A DNA stretch of 29,429 nucleotides from a virus. Lineage: Duplodnaviria; Caudoviricetes. Below are positions 26,621-29,429 of this stretch, piece by piece. Numbering within the stretch: the stretch's first letter is position 1; the number at the start of each line of letters is the position of its first letter. The stretch covers positions 1 through 29,429 of the IMG/VR virus record IMGVR_UViG_3300020044_002005; one strand, written 5' to 3'. The position numbers were made by a program, and so were the translations under genes. The notes beneath the pieces are model-generated. The model was not told the DNA's origin and ran no database searches. It saw only the letters and a program-made list of their open reading frames with translations.

Positions 26621-26696
26621 TGGAAGCGAGTGGTTGGAATCGAACCAACTATCTTCAGCTTATGAGACTGATGAGATACCATTTCTCTACACCGCT
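26621..26696 (-). tRNA. tRNA-Met(CAU), fMet-like scaffold
   Basis: Anticodon arm TCAGT-CTCATAA-GCTGA; TTCGATT T-loop; encoded CCA; one bulge in the acceptor stem. Confidence 0.85.
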
Positions 26697-26706
26697 ACGT
26701 TTCCTA

Positions 26707-26970
26707 TTAGGCTCCAGCTAGAAACTTACGAGTCTCTTCTAGAGTCATTGCACCACTCTGCTTACGCAAGAGCTTACCTTCAGAATCTTCTAAGATAAAG
26801 TATGGCACACCTCGGATTTGGTGTTTGATTAGAATCTCTTTATCCTGAGCAGCATCAATCTCTTCTAGTGTAGTATTAAACTCACCTTCAAGGTCAATAT
26901 CTTTAAGGATTTCAGTCATCATTTTACAAGGACCACACCATTCAGTGTATACTTTAGTTAGTTTGTTCAT
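26707..26970 (-). CDS. trxA: Thioredoxin
   Basis: WCGPC active site and IRGVP cis-Pro motif; ATGA overlap with the nrdJ stop codon. Confidence 0.92.
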   Translation of the reverse strand: MNKLTKVYTEWCGPCKMMTEILKDIDLEGEFNTTLEEIDAAQDKEILIKHQIRGVPYFILEDSEGKLLRKQSGAMTLEETRKFLAGA

Positions 26971-28838
26971 AGTTCACAGCCTCCTGCTGTACATGCGAGT
27001 GTTTGAGCGCCTTCTACATTGTCACGGTCTTCAACGAAGAGTTCCCAGTCAATGGAAGGAAGAGTATCGAGTAGACGCTTATAGGTTGAGCTATCAGTGT
27101 TCTCGTAGGGAGCTTGGCGGTAAGTACCACCGTCATCAGGTAAGAAAGAGATACCAGTACACTCGTCAAAGTGTTCATATACCCATGCACCAACCATAGG
27201 CCACTCATGCTCTTTAACAGAGATAGTTACAGATGGTTTGTGTTCACACCAGTGACGCTGATAAGCTAACCAGATCTCAAGATGTTGAATAGCAGTTAAG
27301 TCTTCACGAGTAAACCCGGGTGAACGCATAGGGAAGCTAAACACAGCTGTCTGGTCTGGCTTCATTACACAGTCTTCATTAGGGATACCTTGAGAGATCA
27401 AGAACTGAGTCAATGGATCTTTCTTATCTTGACGAATACGGCGAATGTAGTATGGAGCATGACCTGCATGGATACCACTAGATGTCAATGTCAACTGAGA
27501 CACTGTACCTTCTGGCTTAACACAAGTAATAGCTGCAGACTCAGGTACACCTAAGATCTCAGCCCATTCTTTGTTAGTCTCACGAGCTACATCACGAAGT
27601 TCTGATAGGATTGCATCTAGATTAAAGGCTTCTCCACGGAGAATAGCGTTATCTAGAATACCTGTCATAGATACGCCTAACAAACGTTCCTGCTCTGTGT
27701 TCTGTTTCCATACATCACGTAGGTAAGGGAAGTCAGTCAGGGTAGACTGCATAGTACCCATGATAGTAGCAAAGCGAACCTTCAATTTAAGTGATTCAAG
27801 GGTATCTTCTGCTTCAACCACAATGGTAGAGAGGTTACAGAACTGGTATGGCTTAAGGATAATCTCTGAGCAAGGGTTAGTACCGTACTGTACGTCTTTT
27901 GCTCGGCGACCCCACTTAGCAGCCATAATCTGTGATGCTTCACGGTTAAAGATACCACGTTCACCTGAGTGACTGTTGTAGATATCTAGCCATTCTTTCA
28001 TGAACTCACCAACAGATGGTTTACATTGGTATACTGCTGAGTTATTAGCTAGGGCGCGTTCACCATGATTCTCCCACCAAGCACCTGCCTTAGCAGTAGC
28101 GTGGTTAGTATCTGATAGATCGCCTAAGCTAATCATAGCTGAACGGCGTACACCACCTACAACTACTACTTCACCAATTTTACACATGATATCGTGTGCT
28201 TCAATGTTGCTTAGCTTACGACCTTTTGCATCAGTAAACTTCTTAACTGTATAGTTAAACAAAGATACCAAAGGTTCTGGACCACTAGCACGACCACCAA
28301 AGGTCTTTAGTGGAGCACCTGCTGGACGTACCTTAGATACATCCCATGTAGGGATAATGCCTTTGTATAAGCAGTCAACGAGTTCTTGGAAGGCATAACA
28401 CCAACCTTCTTTGCTATCTTCTACTACAATCACATGCTCTGACTGGTGTAACTGAGGTACAACAGGAAGTTGCTGAGTATACTGAGACTCACATGAGAAG
28501 CCTACACCAGTACCACATAGTAAGATATACATTGCTTCATCGAAACAACGCTGATGGTCTACAGGTAAGTAGCTACAGTTATAAGCAGCTACGTGAGTCC
28601 TGCGGAGTGCCTCACCTGCAGTCATAATTGAGCGCATTGAGGGGAGGGTACTTAGTGTCTTAATTTCGTTGTTTAACATACCCCAGATGCTGTCTGTGGT
28701 ATCTAGTTTACCTGCTAATTGTTCCTTAAAGAAGTCTGTCCAGCGGTCTGCTGTTTCATCCCAGTTTTCACGGCGCTTTTTCTCAGGGAGATAGCGAGCG
28801 TAGCGGGATTTAGCGATGAGTTCTTGATATGAGTTCAT
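26967..28838 (-). CDS. nrdJ: Class II adenosylcobalamin-dependent ribonucleotide reductase
   Basis: YNCS, GGVRRSAMI, TNPCSEI, KPEGTVS, WCEHKPS and C-terminal CTAGGC motifs; no NrdB/NrdF partner beside it. Confidence 0.92.
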   Translation of the reverse strand: MNSYQELIAKSRYARYLPEKKRRENWDETADRWTDFFKEQLAGKLDTTDSIWGMLNNEIKTLSTLPSMRSIMTAGEALRRTHVAAYNCSYLPVDHQRCFDEAMYILLCGTGVGFSCESQYTQQLPVVPQLHQSEHVIVVEDSKEGWCYAFQELVDCLYKGIIPTWDVSKVRPAGAPLKTFGGRASGPEPLVSLFNYTVKKFTDAKGRKLSNIEAHDIMCKIGEVVVVGGVRRSAMISLGDLSDTNHATAKAGAWWENHGERALANNSAVYQCKPSVGEFMKEWLDIYNSHSGERGIFNREASQIMAAKWGRRAKDVQYGTNPCSEIILKPYQFCNLSTIVVEAEDTLESLKLKVRFATIMGTMQSTLTDFPYLRDVWKQNTEQERLLGVSMTGILDNAILRGEAFNLDAILSELRDVARETNKEWAEILGVPESAAITCVKPEGTVSQLTLTSSGIHAGHAPYYIRRIRQDKKDPLTQFLISQGIPNEDCVMKPDQTAVFSFPMRSPGFTREDLTAIQHLEIWLAYQRHWCEHKPSVTISVKEHEWPMVGAWVYEHFDECTGISFLPDDGGTYRQAPYENTDSSTYKRLLDTLPSIDWELFVEDRDNVEGAQTLACTAGGCEL

Positions 28839-28862
28839 GGAGTCCTTGTTTGTTGTTGTTGT

Positions 28863-28879
28863 TCGGTATTAGGTACCGA
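28863..28879 (-). promoter_or_regulatory. Intergenic hairpin / motif copy upstream of nrdJ
   Basis: TCGGTA-CCTAA-TACCGA perfect 6-bp inverted repeat; shares TCGGTACCTAATA with 9689..9701; followed by an AAC-repeat leader and AAGGA RBS. Confidence 0.4.
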
Positions 28880-28884
28880 CTGAA

Positions 28885-29429
28885 TTAGCAAAAGAAATAT
28901 TTTGAGTTATAAACGTCTTGAAGATCTAAACTTCCTGTCTCAGGTTGAGGGAAAGTGAATGATTCTTTATTCTCCATGAGAGTATCTTGGAGGGTGTTAA
29001 AGAAGTTATCTGTATCATACTGAGCAATAAAGTTCATCTTAGTTACTTCTTGTAGAAAATCCACTTCATCAGCATGGGTACTAAAAGAATCATGGACAGC
29101 ACCAAAACTACCGTTGAAGCCAACAATTGTATTAGCCATGTGAGCAGCATCATAGGAATGTACCACATTAGGACTAATACCCGAAGCAAAACTCCTACGG
29201 CATGGTACTTTTTCTCCAGTTTCTTTATTGAGGACATCCACTTTGATAACGTGCATGATACGACCGTCTTTATTTCCTGTAATACCTCGTATCGTACCTC
29301 GCTGTTTACGTTCGTGCTGAAGATAAGCTTTGTAAACCACAGGGAAGCCACTAGGAGTGTGCCAAGTAAGGTTATTTCTACCGGAGTTAAGTTCATGTTC
29401 TGCAATCTTCTGTAAGTATTTAGTTGTTT
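28885..29429 (-). CDS. T7-like single-subunit RNA polymerase, C-terminal part; 5' truncated by window edge
   Basis: Frame is open to the window edge; WHTPSGFPV, ISPNVVHSYDAAHM, AVHDSFSTH and terminal SKYFFC match T7 RNAP WVTPDGFPV, PNFVHSQDGSHL, IHDSFGT and FAFA. Confidence 0.93.
   Translation of the reverse strand, partial: TTKYLQKIAEHELNSGRNNLTWHTPSGFPVVYKAYLQHERKQRGTIRGITGNKDGRIMHVIKVDVLNKETGEKVPCRRSFASGISPNVVHSYDAAHMANTIVGFNGSFGAVHDSFSTHADEVDFLQEVTKMNFIAQYDTDNFFNTLQDTLMENKESFTFPQPETGSLDLQDVYNSKYFFC

Noticed and set aside
26113-26696. Suppressor tRNA or stop-codon reassignment
   Set aside because: No anticodon reads a stop codon (the Arg loop is CT-TCT-AC), and genes are full length under the standard code.
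26182-26798. Three + strand ORFs (76, 67 and 68 aa)
   Set aside because: They are antisense to the tRNA array and thioredoxin, with no protein-like features.
29043-29415. 120-aa (-) and 113-aa (+) ORFs
   Set aside because: Both overlap the frame carrying clear T7-like RNAP motifs.

Overview
This window is part of a lytic, podovirus-like dsDNA phage of a Gram-negative host; it has two convergent arms that meet at a bidirectional terminator near 24.5 kb. The + arm (1-24465) is the virion module. It runs from the end of an SU10/DUF5309-type major capsid gene and its terminator, through an adaptor, a long modular tail-fibre cluster, a holin/SAR-endolysin/Rz/Rz1 lysis cassette, phoH and a nozzle-like protein, to a set of internal (ejection) proteins. 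The last two of these are a 1405-aa protein with an N-terminal staphylococcal-nuclease-like domain and a 1230-aa divergent single-subunit RNA polymerase, probably virion-packaged. The - arm (24516-29429) carries the C-terminus of a second, conventional T7-like RNA polymerase, a class II (B12-dependent) ribonucleotide reductase, thioredoxin, seven CCA-encoding tRNAs, an RyR-domain protein, an Acb2/Tad1-like hairpin protein and a Dps-like ferritin. Two candidate systems stand out: (1) a two-polymerase transcription scheme with a compact injected RNAP and a recurring intergenic motif, (TCGGTA)CCTAATA(GGAAAC); (2) a putative counter-defence island of tRNAs plus candidate nucleotide-signal sponges. 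All family assignments come from motif recognition by eye; no database search was run.
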